From Candidatus Wolfebacteria bacterium GW2011_GWE2_44_13 (GTDB lineage: Bacteria > Patescibacteriota > Minisyncoccia > UBA6257 > UBA9933), in NCBI GenBank assembly GCA_001000675.1, contig LCHW01000001.1, positions 488,875 to 552,874 of the forward strand: a stretch of DNA of 64,000 nucleotides, in the 5' to 3' direction. Under the pieces are notes generated by a model. It did not search any database. It was not told where the DNA came from and was given only the letters and a program-made list of their open reading frames with translations. The translations under genes and the position numbers were made by a program. Shown here piece after piece: positions 48,082-57,243 of this stretch. Each line of letters opens with the position of its first letter. Within the stretch, counting starts at the first letter, position 1.

Positions 48082-48999
48082 TTATCTAAATATCACCGAT
48101 CCGGTGTCATACGGCAACTCCAAAATTAACTCACCTTTTGAGGTAAACAAGTAGCTTTGCGCTTCACTAAGCATTTTTGAAAAATCCCCTTCTTGCGAAT
48201 TTTCGCAGTACATGAGCGTAGACATCATCCGCGTGAATGCTATTTTATTTCCGTCTACTGCATATTCACCTCCGACACCATTACAATCGGTTGATGCAGA
48301 AAATCTCTTCCCATCTGTAAACGTAAGTACAAACTTTTTATTCGCGCGCGGTATTATTTCTGTGTCGTTATTATATATCGTGCGCTCCCATGTCCACGGC
48401 TTCATAGTAAGCGTCATTCGTGCTGGGTCTGCTTCTCCTTCAAAATTTTGCGCTACTTCTCCAAATTGCATCGTTGCTGTATCGAGCAAGAGCCATATAC
48501 TTTTTCCAACCGATGGTTGCGTTGTAAAACTTTCTCCGCTCTTTCTCTCCGCATAATTTACTACCACAATAGTTCCCTTCCCCATACTTGTTGATTGCGG
48601 AGCAATGCGATCGCCTAACAATACGCCATGCGATCCAATAGGCCCGTTTGCCGTGTCCAGTCGCGCAACCACATAAAAGAACGTACCGCTTCCGCCCATT
48701 TCTTGCGTTACTAAAAATACACTATCTTCTCTTCCGTCGCCGTTAAAATCATGACGCACTTCGTTACCAAAATAGCGCGTAATTACTTTAGTCGCCGACC
48801 TTGGAGCTGCTTCGACTTCTGAAACTCCATTCACAAGCGTTACGCTCGTCCCATTAATTATATATATTCCATCGTGTTCTCCTATTTGCGTTCGGCTTTC
48901 GCTATTCTCAATGCTATCTGTTACGTTGCGCGTGTATATCCCAAATCCAAGTGCTAATACCGCAAGAACTGCCGCGATGATTATTGCTATTTTTTTCAT
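48082..48999 (-). CDS. membrane-anchored protein with C-terminal META/HslJ-like (DUF306) domain
   Basis: N-terminal TM helix. The C-terminal DCNGVGGEYAVDGNKIAFTRMMSTLMYC segment is typical of META/HslJ. Confidence 0.55.
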   Translation of the reverse strand: MKKIAIIIAAVLAVLALGFGIYTRNVTDSIENSESRTQIGEHDGIYIINGTSVTLVNGVSEVEAAPRSATKVITRYFGNEVRHDFNGDGREDSVFLVTQEMGGSGTFFYVVARLDTANGPIGSHGVLLGDRIAPQSTSMGKGTIVVVNYAERKSGESFTTQPSVGKSIWLLLDTATMQFGEVAQNFEGEADPARMTLTMKPWTWERTIYNNDTEIIPRANKKFVLTFTDGKRFSASTDCNGVGGEYAVDGNKIAFTRMMSTLMYCENSQEGDFSKMLSEAQSYLFTSKGELILELPYDTGSVIFR

Positions 49000-49035
49000 A
49001 GTTTTATTATACCTTATTTTAATTATCTATAGCAT

Positions 49036-49108
49036 AGCTTGTCATTCCCGCGAAAGCGGGAATCCATCCCCATACTACTGGATCCCCGCCTACGCGGGGA
49101 TGACAGAA
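49036..49108. repeat. MITE-like compound palindrome, second near-identical copy
   Basis: TTGTCATTCCCGCGAAAGCGGGAATCCATCCCCATACTACTGGATCCCCGCCTACGCGGGGATGACA. It is at least 90% identical to the copy at 47982-48050. Confidence 0.6.
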
Positions 49109-49153
49109 GGTGAACAATAAAAATAGCCCGCTTTGGGGCTATTTTATATCTAC

Positions 49154-49900
49154 TTATTTCTTAGCAAATCCTTCAAGTGCCTTAAGTACTTCCATTGGAA
49201 CCATATACACAACGGTATTTGATTGATCCGAAGACATATCGTTTATCGACTGCAATGTTCGTAAGTGCAACGCACCAGGGATTGCGCTCAATGCTTCTGC
49301 TGCCTTTGCGATGTTTTGAGAAGCTGCGAGTTCTCCTTCTGAATTAATAATAACGGCTCGCTTTTCACGTTCTGCTTCTGCCTGCTTGCCGATTGTTCGT
49401 TCCATTTCTGGTGGCAAGCTTACGTCCTTTAACTCAACATTATTCACTTTAAGTCCCCATGCGTCTGTTTCAATATCAACAATTTCTCGAATTCTGTCTG
49501 CAATTTTATCCCGGCTTGAAAGCAATTCGTCTAAGGTAACTTCTCCGACAATATTGCGCATTGTTGTTTGTGCATATTGCGAAATGGCATAGCGAAAATC
49601 TTCTACTTCGATGATTGCCTTTGGTGCGTCGCTTACCTTGTAATAAATAACTGCGTTTACGCGCACCGACACGTTATCTCGGGTAATTGCGTTTTGATCG
49701 GGCACATCTACTGCCTTTACGCGTACGTCTACTTTTTGATACCCCTGAATAATAGGGAGTACTATTCTCCATCCTGGCTCCATTATTGAGGTAAACTTTC
49801 CAAACGTAAATTTAATACCTTTTTCGTATTGATTAATCTGACGAATACTTCCGATGATTATAAGGATAACGACAATGGCTAGAAATTGAACAAGGGGCAT
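49154..49900 (-). CDS. SPFH/Band-7 (stomatin/prohibitin-like) protein
   Basis: N-terminal TM helix followed by a Band-7 core (the RDNVSVRVNAVIYYKV region) and a coiled-coil tail. Confidence 0.85.
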   Translation of the reverse strand: MPLVQFLAIVVILIIIGSIRQINQYEKGIKFTFGKFTSIMEPGWRIVLPIIQGYQKVDVRVKAVDVPDQNAITRDNVSVRVNAVIYYKVSDAPKAIIEVEDFRYAISQYAQTTMRNIVGEVTLDELLSSRDKIADRIREIVDIETDAWGLKVNNVELKDVSLPPEMERTIGKQAEAEREKRAVIINSEGELAASQNIAKAAEALSAIPGALHLRTLQSINDMSSDQSNTVVYMVPMEVLKALEGFAKK

Positions 49901-49962
49901 AGGTGTAAGTTATTAGTGATTATTATCTATCATACTGCAGTCGCCGTGGGATAACAAATGGG

Positions 49963-50607
49963 TTATCGTTTGAGCCGCTTATCCAAAAGATATAGCGCAA
50001 TGCCTACAATAAGCAACCACGAGAGCCCAAGGGTAAGGAATGTTATCCATCCGACGTTAATAAAGGCTTCGCCTCCATATACGGCAATATAGACAAAGGG
50101 CAATTCTGCAACAAGCGTTATGCACATATATTTCCAAAAACTATAGTGCAGTGTGCCAAACACATATCCTGTTTCCGATGGCGTTGCCAAGCGAAACAAA
50201 AACGCAACAGAAATATCTATTTTTTCAGACAGTGTTTCCATCCATTTTTCCAAGTTTCTCTTTGGCGCAATCTTTTGCACCACTGGATATCCCAAAAAGT
50301 AACCAATACTATACGAAATTCCTCCGCCTAACACCCAACCTGTTAATAACAGCAACGCTGTTGTTTCCGTACCCCACACTACTATTGCTAGTGGCACAAG
50401 TGGTACGCTTGAAAATGGACTTAGCAATGCGCTCATTGCTGCGAACCCTACGAATACCAATGGGCCCAGTACAGAATGTGCATGTGCATAGGCATCCAGC
50501 TTATCGGTTACACGAAAAAATACATCCTGAAAAATTGCCGATGAGGCAAACAGGATAAATATAAATAGTAGTAATGCACCTACAATAAAAATCTGCTTCT
50601 TATGCAT
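49963..50607 (-). CDS. TVP38/TMEM64-family (DedA-related) membrane protein
   Basis: Polytopic membrane protein with the VTDKLDAY...PF..VPLVPLAIV pattern of SNARE-associated/TVP38 proteins. Confidence 0.65.
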   Translation of the reverse strand: MHKKQIFIVGALLLFIFILFASSAIFQDVFFRVTDKLDAYAHAHSVLGPLVFVGFAAMSALLSPFSSVPLVPLAIVVWGTETTALLLLTGWVLGGGISYSIGYFLGYPVVQKIAPKRNLEKWMETLSEKIDISVAFLFRLATPSETGYVFGTLHYSFWKYMCITLVAELPFVYIAVYGGEAFINVGWITFLTLGLSWLLIVGIALYLLDKRLKR

Positions 50608-50692
50608 AACACGCTTATGATGTAATTAACGCCGATCCAGTCTTTACCTCCTTAGTATATCCCACTTCCTTTTCTTGGTATATCTGCGACTT

Positions 50693-51397
50693 TTAATCGC
50701 TTAAGTCCTCTTTTTTGAATGTTTCCTGAATATCTTCGTACGTCACCTGTTCAGGCAATTCTTTTACCGTCTTTGGTTCTCGCTTGTACCGAATATATTC
50801 AATACCCATCGGAATAAACGATGCCAATACAATTCCAATCACAATGTATTCAAAATTTTCTTTTACAAACGGAAGTCCTCCGAAGAAATAGCCAATACTC
50901 GTAAAACTCGTCACCCAAACGAATGCACCCGCAACGTTGTACATAAAAAATGTACCGTAATGCATTTTCCCTATTCCAGCCACAAAGGGCGCAAACGTTC
51001 TAATGATAGGCAAGAAGCGTGCAATAATAACCGTCTTCCCTCCGTGCTTTTCATAAAACTCTCGCGTCTTTTCTAAGTATTCTTTTTTAAAAAATCGCGC
51101 ATTATCTTTGTAAAATACTTTCGGTCCCACATGGTGCCCAATCCAATAGTTCACCGTATCGCCTAAAATAGCCGCTGCGATCATAATACTGTATGCAACC
51201 CCTATTTTAAGAAACCCCCCTCCTGCAAGCACGCCCACGGCAAAAAGCAACGAATCCCCTGGGAGAATCGGCGCAATAACCAGACCTGTTTCCGCGAAAA
51301 GCACAAGGAATATAATCGCGTACGCCCACGCGCCAAAAAGCGCAATGACGCTTTCTAGATATATATCAACATGCAAAATAAAATCGATAATTTCCAT
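50693..51397 (-). CDS. DedA-family membrane protein
   Basis: LFAETGLVIAPILPGDSLLFAVG is the DedA signature. Start is placed at the first true ATG (MEIIDF). Confidence 0.8.
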   Translation of the reverse strand: MEIIDFILHVDIYLESVIALFGAWAYAIIFLVLFAETGLVIAPILPGDSLLFAVGVLAGGGFLKIGVAYSIMIAAAILGDTVNYWIGHHVGPKVFYKDNARFFKKEYLEKTREFYEKHGGKTVIIARFLPIIRTFAPFVAGIGKMHYGTFFMYNVAGAFVWVTSFTSIGYFFGGLPFVKENFEYIVIGIVLASFIPMGIEYIRYKREPKTVKELPEQVTYEDIQETFKKEDLSD

Positions 51398-51483
51398 TTC
51401 CTTCAATCGGTTACTCCTCTTAGTTGTTCAATAGTAGCAAATTCTTACCCATTATGTAACTATCGCACGATTCTTTTTGTCAT

Positions 51484-51572
51484 TCCCAAACTCAGGTCCC
51501 CGCGTCCGCGAGGATAAACTCCGGCGGGAATCCATAACATGCTAGATTCCCGCCTTCGCGGGAATGACACGC
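51484..51572. repeat. REP/MITE-like element (GTCATTCCC...GGCGGGAATCCATAACATGCTAGATTCCCGCCTTCGCGGGAATGACA)
   Basis: Two family arms with a divergent spacer. Confidence 0.5.
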
Positions 51573-51627
51573 ATTGCGTCTTCGTACTAATAAAAAATAC
51601 GCTCCCATGAACGTATTTTTACTTCCT

Positions 51628-52116
51628 TTAATTAACAATCTCCACCCCTCCCAATATTGCAGCTCCTTTGATGCGAAGCGTTACCTCGTCTCCCTTCTCT
51701 GTATTCGATTCGTATCCGCCTATAATTGAAGTTCCTTGCATAACTACCTTCCATGTTTTTGGCACGATTATTTTAATGCCCGACAAAATTGCCGAAATTT
51801 CAAGCTCGATTTCTTTCCCCTCCGGTTGCGCTTCACGCAAATCGAGTTCTCCGCCTGACAAGATCATAACAACCTTTCCACCGGTAAAGTTTTCCGCATG
51901 AATAGCTCGATTAAAAGAGCTTAATACGACGGTTTCGTTTAGTGTGTCTTCTCGTGAAATCGTTTTTTTATCCCAATTACTTTTTCTTTTCTTTCCTACA
52001 AGAAGCGAAATTCCCCAAAATACCAAAAGGAATGCAAAGATGAGTTTAAACAAAAATGTTCCCAAGAAAATGCTTAACCCTATTACGATAAGGACGAGTC
52101 CAAAAAATATATTCAT
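51628..52116 (-). CDS. LiaF/DUF4097-like membrane protein (putative cell-envelope stress)
   Basis: Two N-terminal TM helices. The C-terminal beta-rich domain carries repeated ILSGGELDL and ILGGVEI motifs. Confidence 0.5.
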   Translation of the reverse strand: MNIFFGLVLIVIGLSIFLGTFLFKLIFAFLLVFWGISLLVGKKRKSNWDKKTISREDTLNETVVLSSFNRAIHAENFTGGKVVMILSGGELDLREAQPEGKEIELEISAILSGIKIIVPKTWKVVMQGTSIIGGYESNTEKGDEVTLRIKGAAILGGVEIVN

Positions 52117-52168
52117 TCGTTTATTTGTATTATGTCTGTTGTTTCTATTAGAGAATAAGGATCGGATG

Positions 52169-52834
52169 TTATTCTTTTATCTCAACCAATACTTCATTGC
52201 GTACCATCCATGGCGGAGTCCACGGTGCATTGTACCCCGCATATGCAACACTTCCTTGCGCCACAACTCCATCGCGCGTAAGTGATACAGACAACTTCTC
52301 TTGCATACGCTTAATTCGTGCATCTGAACGATACCACGAAAATTCCATTACTGCATATTGCTTAGTAGGCATCATTACAATTTTTACTCGCGAGTCATCG
52401 GGGGTTGGCAATGTTTCAAGTGTATAAGAGCGCGGCATACCAAACGAAATAGTCTGCACATCCCCTTCGGTTGTCGCCACCACAGGCGCAGTCATCGCAA
52501 TATTCTCCCCTTCTTTAGTTTCTGTTTCTTTTTGTGCGACTACGGGCGCGGTCATCGCAATTCTTTCTTTCTTCGTATTTCCACCAAAAATATATCCCGC
52601 TACGATACTAAACCCACTCTCCAATGATTCCCCATACGGTCCTGTTACCGTTGTTTGCGCCACAATATGCGATGGATATTCGCGTATTTCGTAATCATCC
52701 ATTTTTTTTATCACCGTATAATCTGCCTGCTCAACGTGAGAACCAAAAAATCCCCAGACAGACCAAAGCGCGATAATACCAACAGCACCCCAAGCGATGT
52801 ATGTATAGTTCATATGCTTATTATTTATATACAT
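52169..52834 (-). CDS. SOUL heme-binding protein family, membrane-anchored
   Basis: The YEIREYP...VAQTTVTG....GF..VAGYIFGGN...IAMTAPV segment is the SOUL/HBP pattern. An AAGGA Shine-Dalgarno precedes the ATG. Confidence 0.7.
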   Translation of the reverse strand: MYINNKHMNYTYIAWGAVGIIALWSVWGFFGSHVEQADYTVIKKMDDYEIREYPSHIVAQTTVTGPYGESLESGFSIVAGYIFGGNTKKERIAMTAPVVAQKETETKEGENIAMTAPVVATTEGDVQTISFGMPRSYTLETLPTPDDSRVKIVMMPTKQYAVMEFSWYRSDARIKRMQEKLSVSLTRDGVVAQGSVAYAGYNAPWTPPWMVRNEVLVEIKE

Positions 52835-52881
52835 GGTATCAAATTTTTCCTTGTTTATGTACTATGCAGATTTATTTTTCA

Positions 52882-52911
52882 GTATTGACAAATTATCAAA
52901 TAATGGTATTG
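52882..52911 (+). promoter_or_regulatory. sigma70-type promoter (TTGACA-16-TGgTATTGT, extended -10)
   Basis: Exact -35. A TGn extended -10 sits upstream of the candidate ncRNA. Confidence 0.4.
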
Positions 52912-52914
52912 TAT

Positions 52915-53135
52915 ATTCATGTCAACGCGATGGGGCGCTTATGCGTAAGTAGTTGACTAGCAACACACAGACCCTATCCTCGGCCCGTACATAAGCGAAA
53001 GATTTTAATGGCATTCAGTATGGCGGTGTATCGCTCACCGCTGCCTGCAACACATACTGACTCCCGAGGAATGACTTTGGGCCAAAGTTATTCCTCCCCC
53101 TACTTATTTCACCGCCAGATTTTGGCGGTTTTTAT
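52915..53135 (+). ncRNA. candidate structured ncRNA (about 220 nt), identity unknown
   Basis: GC-rich with no ORF. Several stems are present (GCGCTTATGCG/CGTACATAAGCG, GGCGGTG/CACCGC, GAGGAATGACTTTGG/CCAAAGTTATTCCTC). The last stem has a G-U pair that is only valid on the plus strand. An intrinsic terminator (ACCGCCagattttGGCGGTttttattttt) ends it. Confidence 0.4.
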
Positions 53136-53159
53136 TTTTGTATTATTGTTGACGTAAAA

Positions 53160-53185
53160 AATCCCCCGTCTTTCAACGGAGGTCA
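53160..53185 (-). terminator. rho-independent terminator
   Basis: CCTCCGTTGaaaGACGGGGG hairpin followed by attttttac on the minus strand. Confidence 0.5.
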
Positions 53186-53196
53186 ATCTTGCAAAA

Positions 53197-53478
53197 CTAG
53201 AGTTCGTATTGCCACGGAAGATCTGCGTGAGCAGCCCCGACAGCTTGCGTTGCCGTGTAAGCCATGCCGCCACCGATTGCTGCCAGTGTCGCCTCTTTGG
53301 TATGATGTCCCGCGAGTATCAAATGTTCCGGATATCGTGGATGCCCGTCCACTCTAGCCATTAAGCCATTAGCAAGACGATATAACTCCGAAGCATGCCA
53401 TTCCCCGCCTACCCTGTGCAACACGGTAAGTTTTACTTTGGCCTTTTTCTCATCATAGTCTATTGCGCCTAAGTCCAT
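53197..53478 (-). CDS. hypothetical protein (GC-rich ORFan)
   Basis: An AGGAG Shine-Dalgarno precedes the second ATG (MDLGAIDYDEKK). GC is about 57%. Its promoter carries the same CCCATATGGG palindrome as the gene at 62176..62517. Confidence 0.5.
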   Translation of the reverse strand: MDLGAIDYDEKKAKVKLTVLHRVGGEWHASELYRLANGLMARVDGHPRYPEHLILAGHHTKEATLAAIGGGMAYTATQAVGAAHADLPWQYEL

Positions 53479-53496
53479 AACTTCTCCTGCTCTCAT

Positions 53497-53550
53497 TTAA
53501 TTTTTCGTACTGAAAATAAAATATCCCATATGGGCTATTTTGTCAAATTT
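53497..53550 (-). promoter_or_regulatory. promoter with palindromic operator (TTGACAaaatagCCCATATGGGaTATTTTA)
   Basis: -35 TTGACA, a 17-bp spacer containing the perfect palindrome CCCATATGGG, and -10 TATTTT. A near-identical copy lies at 62553-62600. Confidence 0.5.
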
Positions 53551-53643
53551 ATTTTTGGGGTTGCCACCCTCCTTTTGCTTCTAGGAGAGATTTAAAGGTA
53601 TCTGCCCCTTTTAGCGCAAGGTATTTAGCGCGGATAAATTTTA

Positions 53644-55320
53644 TTACGTCAGCCAATTTAATGCTTTTTGTACAATTCCATCGTACCATTCTAATTCTGA
53701 GTTAGTTGTACTTGCCAACTCATTTGAATGCTCAAAAAATCGTTGAATATGTCTTGGTTCTGGCACATAATCAACATTGTGAGAATCCTCAACCATTTTA
53801 ATAAATACGCTTAACGGCAATGGGACAATAGTTGAAGTTCCACCATAATAACCAATGTTCATTTTATGTAAGGCATAAAAATGAGCTATACAAGCATCGT
53901 TTATTTTTGGTGCAATAAACAAGCAATAAGCAGGCTTATTAGTTTCTCTTTTTACTTTAGCAAGATGCCTTGCTACTGGCTCCCCTTCAGTTTCGTATTG
54001 TCGCTGTCCGCTTTGCATCGTAACTTCTACCGTTAATCCAAAGTCGCCATAATCGCATGTGATGTCCGCCATATTCCCCTGTGCAGTTGACATTGGTTTT
54101 CCAAAATCGTCAAATTTTAAATTTGCTTTTATATTGCCACCGTCTAACATTGTCATTGCTCTCCAAGTGTTCCATTCCAACATCAAAGGAGTGTCATAAA
54201 GTGAATTATCTAAAATTTGGTCAAATGTAGAATTAATCTCTTCAAACAAATGGTAATCTTTTATCGCAGTAACTTGCTCTGTAATAATTTGTTCTCTTCT
54301 ATTTTCTAATTCACCAGCGAATACATCTTTTAATTGTTGCAAGGTTAACGTTTTATTTACATCAATTTGAGGAAATTCTGTTCTTATTTTTTGCTCAAGC
54401 AATGATCGATTATCGCTTAATAAACTAGGGGCTGCTGCATTTCCAAGATAAGCTACATATTGTATTTCATCATCTATAAAGCAAGGCTCTCTATCAGTAT
54501 GCTGTAAAAAGTAATCTACTTCTTGTATTTTTTCAGGAACAATTGAAATTGACTTCCCAATGTGTGAAATATTGACTAATCCCGTTACTCGAATATACCT
54601 AACACAGGCATCAGCATAATCTCGCAGATTACTTGCTTTTGTTTTTAAGAATTTTTCAATAGAAGCATCGTCTGTTTGTCTTGTCTTAGTTTTACCCGAA
54701 ACAATATCGCAACCATAGATTTGTCTTAGTTCTGCGTCTAAATATTCTGACTTAAATTTTTTAGAATTTCCTTGATATTGTGCTTTTGCAATTCGAAAAT
54801 TTTCAATTTTTAAAACAATATTATCAAATTGATGATAGTCGACTAATTGCAAACCAAAGATCATTAGCTCATCAAATTTAAGCGAGCCAAAATGACGGAT
54901 TAAACGAAATAATTCAAGATAAGGTTTTATCAAAAAGTCGGCAGAATTTTTCGAAGGCTCATGATAGGGCGATGGAACTTGAAACTTTAGTAACTGCCTT
55001 AAGAAAATTTCCTCTTTTCGTCTTGATGTAACTAATTCTAAACCTGCCGGCGTTAAGCTCACAGTAGGAGATAAAGTTACGAATCCAAGTGATTTTGGTG
55101 CTCTGTTAATTCTATCTCTTGCACTAAATGCAGGATCATTCGCCCCTTCGCCATTAAAAAAATTCTCTTGTTTTAAGAGCTCCATAAAGGCAAGTTGTGT
55201 TTCTCTGTTCCACACCTGTCCTGAAAAATGAGCATTCAATAACTCAATTTCGGGGATCATTTTAGACGGCGTTCTCGGAGATGTTGTAACAAATATTACT
55301 TTACTATCAATCTTTGCCAT
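53644..55320 (-). CDS. type II restriction endonuclease, AlwI/BstNBI/PleI family
   Basis: 558 aa. The N-terminus (VIFVTTSPRTPSKMIPEIELL...FSARDRINRAPKSLGFV) and C-terminal region (EPVARHL...YCLFIAPKIND...VPLPLSVF) parallel the conserved blocks of Nt.BstNBI/AlwI-family enzymes, recalled from memory. The gene is immediately downstream of and co-oriented with a Dam-type methyltransferase. Confidence 0.6.
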   Translation of the reverse strand: MAKIDSKVIFVTTSPRTPSKMIPEIELLNAHFSGQVWNRETQLAFMELLKQENFFNGEGANDPAFSARDRINRAPKSLGFVTLSPTVSLTPAGLELVTSRRKEEIFLRQLLKFQVPSPYHEPSKNSADFLIKPYLELFRLIRHFGSLKFDELMIFGLQLVDYHQFDNIVLKIENFRIAKAQYQGNSKKFKSEYLDAELRQIYGCDIVSGKTKTRQTDDASIEKFLKTKASNLRDYADACVRYIRVTGLVNISHIGKSISIVPEKIQEVDYFLQHTDREPCFIDDEIQYVAYLGNAAAPSLLSDNRSLLEQKIRTEFPQIDVNKTLTLQQLKDVFAGELENRREQIITEQVTAIKDYHLFEEINSTFDQILDNSLYDTPLMLEWNTWRAMTMLDGGNIKANLKFDDFGKPMSTAQGNMADITCDYGDFGLTVEVTMQSGQRQYETEGEPVARHLAKVKRETNKPAYCLFIAPKINDACIAHFYALHKMNIGYYGGTSTIVPLPLSVFIKMVEDSHNVDYVPEPRHIQRFFEHSNELASTTNSELEWYDGIVQKALNWLT

Positions 55321-55326
55321 ACATTT

Positions 55327-56235
55327 TTAATACACTAATTTCTTACTAAATTCTAATTCAGAAAAGTTATTTTTAGCTACGTTCCCATAATTTGAAATTA
55401 AAATATGCGATGCAGTAGATTTAAACCTATTTCTAATATTTACGGAATACGATTTACCGTATTCATCTACTATCATATCTCCATAAAGTTTTTCCGTTAA
55501 TGGAGTCCTACCAATCACCATCAATGCCTTACATTTTAGATTTTTATAGGCGCTAGCTAATTCAATATGGTTTCGCTCATTAAATCCATCTTTATGCTCT
55601 ATGTTCCCATAGTCAGAAAAAATACAGTCATAAGGTGGGTCTAAAAACATAAAATCATCTTCTCCCGCTATTTCAAAAATGTGTTTGTAATCTACATTAT
55701 AAATTTCTGTATTTGAAAGCAATTCGCTATGATTTTTCGTAACTAATGCAGTATTCAAATTAGAATATCTACCATAAGGAACATTAAACTCTCCTTTGGA
55801 ATTGTATCTGATCATTCCTGAATAAGCTGTTTTATTTATAAAAAAATACAACAAGGCATCTGAAAATTTTTTTTCAGCCAAATCATTAAACATATCTCGA
55901 ATTTGATAATATAAGACTTCATTATCATCTTTAACTCTCAATTCAGGGGTTTTACTTTTAAGTTCTTCAAATTTTCTACGATTTAAAGTGTAAACTTTTT
56001 CTATTTGTGTAAGTTCATTTTGAATTAATTCAAAATCTGTTTTTATGCCATTGTAAAATGATATTAATTTAGAATTAATATCATTTATCACTGCTTTTCT
56101 TGGCTCCAAATAAAAATACAAGGCACCGCCACCAAAAAAAGGTTCGATGTATTTGCCATCGAATTTTGGGATATGTTTTATAATGTGTGGAATTTCTTTT
56201 GATTTACCACCCCTATATTTAACTAATGGTTTCAT
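55327..56235 (-). CDS. DNA N6-adenine methyltransferase, Dam/D12 class (alpha group)
   Basis: KYRGGKS, EPFFGGGALYF (motif I) and FLDPPY (motif IV) follow the Dam/DpnM motif order. Confidence 0.85.
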   Translation of the reverse strand: MKPLVKYRGGKSKEIPHIIKHIPKFDGKYIEPFFGGGALYFYLEPRKAVINDINSKLISFYNGIKTDFELIQNELTQIEKVYTLNRRKFEELKSKTPELRVKDDNEVLYYQIRDMFNDLAEKKFSDALLYFFINKTAYSGMIRYNSKGEFNVPYGRYSNLNTALVTKNHSELLSNTEIYNVDYKHIFEIAGEDDFMFLDPPYDCIFSDYGNIEHKDGFNERNHIELASAYKNLKCKALMVIGRTPLTEKLYGDMIVDEYGKSYSVNIRNRFKSTASHILISNYGNVAKNNFSELEFSKKLVY

Positions 56236-56315
56236 GTTTATTTAAGTATACCATTTTTGAGATAATGTGGTCAGTCACCATTTATTCCACTTTCTAATTC
56301 CCCTTTCATCAACTC

Positions 56316-56382
56316 CTCAATCTTACCAAATTTTGACCTGTTATGTAACCAACACAAAACGAGGCCTGCGGGCCTCGTTTTT
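56316..56382 (-). promoter_or_regulatory. terminator-plus-promoter intergenic cassette, copy A
   Basis: Read on the minus strand: hairpin AAAACGAGGCCcgcaGGCCTCGTTTTgtgttgg, then TTACAT-17-TAAGAT. It serves the NYN-1 3' end and the MTase 5' end. Confidence 0.55.
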
Positions 56383-56482
56383 AGGTGAATTTGATGTGGG
56401 GGGGTGGATTCTTTAATGCAATACAATAGCAACTCTGAATTCTCGCCCACGTAAAGTCCGCCGGGGGCGGACCACGGGGCGA

Positions 56483-56593
56483 GCGAGACTAGGATAATCT
56501 GCTGTGGATAGCTTGCTTTTGCTTTCCATGGAAATAGCTTTAGCCACCTTAAGCATTACCCACCATTGACATTAACTGCTTGCTTGGTATACT
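56483..56593. repeat. conserved roughly 100-bp module downstream of the NYN gene, copy A
   Basis: About 92% identical to 61118-61216. It contains a plus-strand promoter TTGACA-16-TATACT at 56566-56593. Confidence 0.6.
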
Positions 56594-56599
56594 TTAAAT

Positions 56600-56657
56600 A
56601 TCACGACGAGGGCAGGTTCATAAGGGTTGGTCCTTATGTAATTGGCCCTCTTTTTTG
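56600..56657 (+). ncRNA. predicted short cis-antisense RNA overlapping the NYN-1 3' end
   Basis: Starts about 7 nt after the -10 TATACT. GAGGGC...GCCCTC hairpin followed by TTTTTTGT. It overlaps the last roughly 13 codons and the stop of the minus-strand NYN gene. Confidence 0.4.
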
Positions 56658-57163
56658 TACTCCAATCTATTCCGTAGATTATTCATGAAATCTATTTTAT
56701 CTACGGCAACGGAATTAAGCAGATTCGAATATGCCTCCTTATTAGGCACTAATAATTTATGCAGCTTTTTATTATTGTTTAGATACTCGACAAGACAATA
56801 GAAATCGCCATCCCCCGAAACTATTAACGCTTTCTCATAATTTATATATTCGATCATGGCATGCAAAACCATCTCGGCATCAGCGTTTCCCTTTACCTTG
56901 CCATTTGGCAACTCGAGCGTTGGCTTAAATATTAATATATATCCAAATTTTTGTAACGCCGTATAGAGCCTCTGGTTTGTTGGCACATACCCGATAAAAA
57001 TAAATGCCTTTGTTACTCCATATTTATCCTTTAAATAAACTCTAAAACGTTCAAAATCAAGCTTCCATCCTTCGTAAACTTTTTCACCCTGCTTATCATA
57101 AACGTCATTACCAACTCCAAGATTTAAATTTTGACTATCAATAAATGCGTAATTATTAGCCAT
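56618..57163 (-). CDS. NYN-domain (LabA-like, PIN-fold) nuclease, copy 1
   Basis: NYAFIDSQNL, GNADAEMVL and SGDGDF give the four conserved Asp of the NYN/PIN fold. Start is placed at the internal ATG because the upstream 44 codons translate the repeated intergenic cassette. Confidence 0.75.
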   Translation of the reverse strand: MANNYAFIDSQNLNLGVGNDVYDKQGEKVYEGWKLDFERFRVYLKDKYGVTKAFIFIGYVPTNQRLYTALQKFGYILIFKPTLELPNGKVKGNADAEMVLHAMIEYINYEKALIVSGDGDFYCLVEYLNNNKKLHKLLVPNKEAYSNLLNSVAVDKIDFMNNLRNRLEYKKEGQLHKDQPL

Positions 57164-57179
57164 ACTTTTATATATAAAT

Positions 57180-57243
57180 AATCTTACCAAATTTTGGCCT
57201 GTTATGTAACCAACACAAAACGAGGCCGTAGGGCCTCGATTTA
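57180..57243 (-). promoter_or_regulatory. terminator-plus-promoter cassette, copy B
   Basis: AAATCGAGGCCctacGGCCTCGTTTTgtg followed by TTACAT-17-TAAGAT directly upstream of NYN-1. Confidence 0.55.

Noticed and set aside
52915-53135. Identification of the candidate ncRNA as tmRNA, RNase P, SRP or 6S RNA
   Set aside because: None of the hallmark motifs were found by eye. These are the GGGG...CCACCA ends and tag frame, the P4 AGGAAAGUCCGG, the SRP domain IV GGAAGCAGCC, or a 6S central bubble with closing ends. It is left as unknown.
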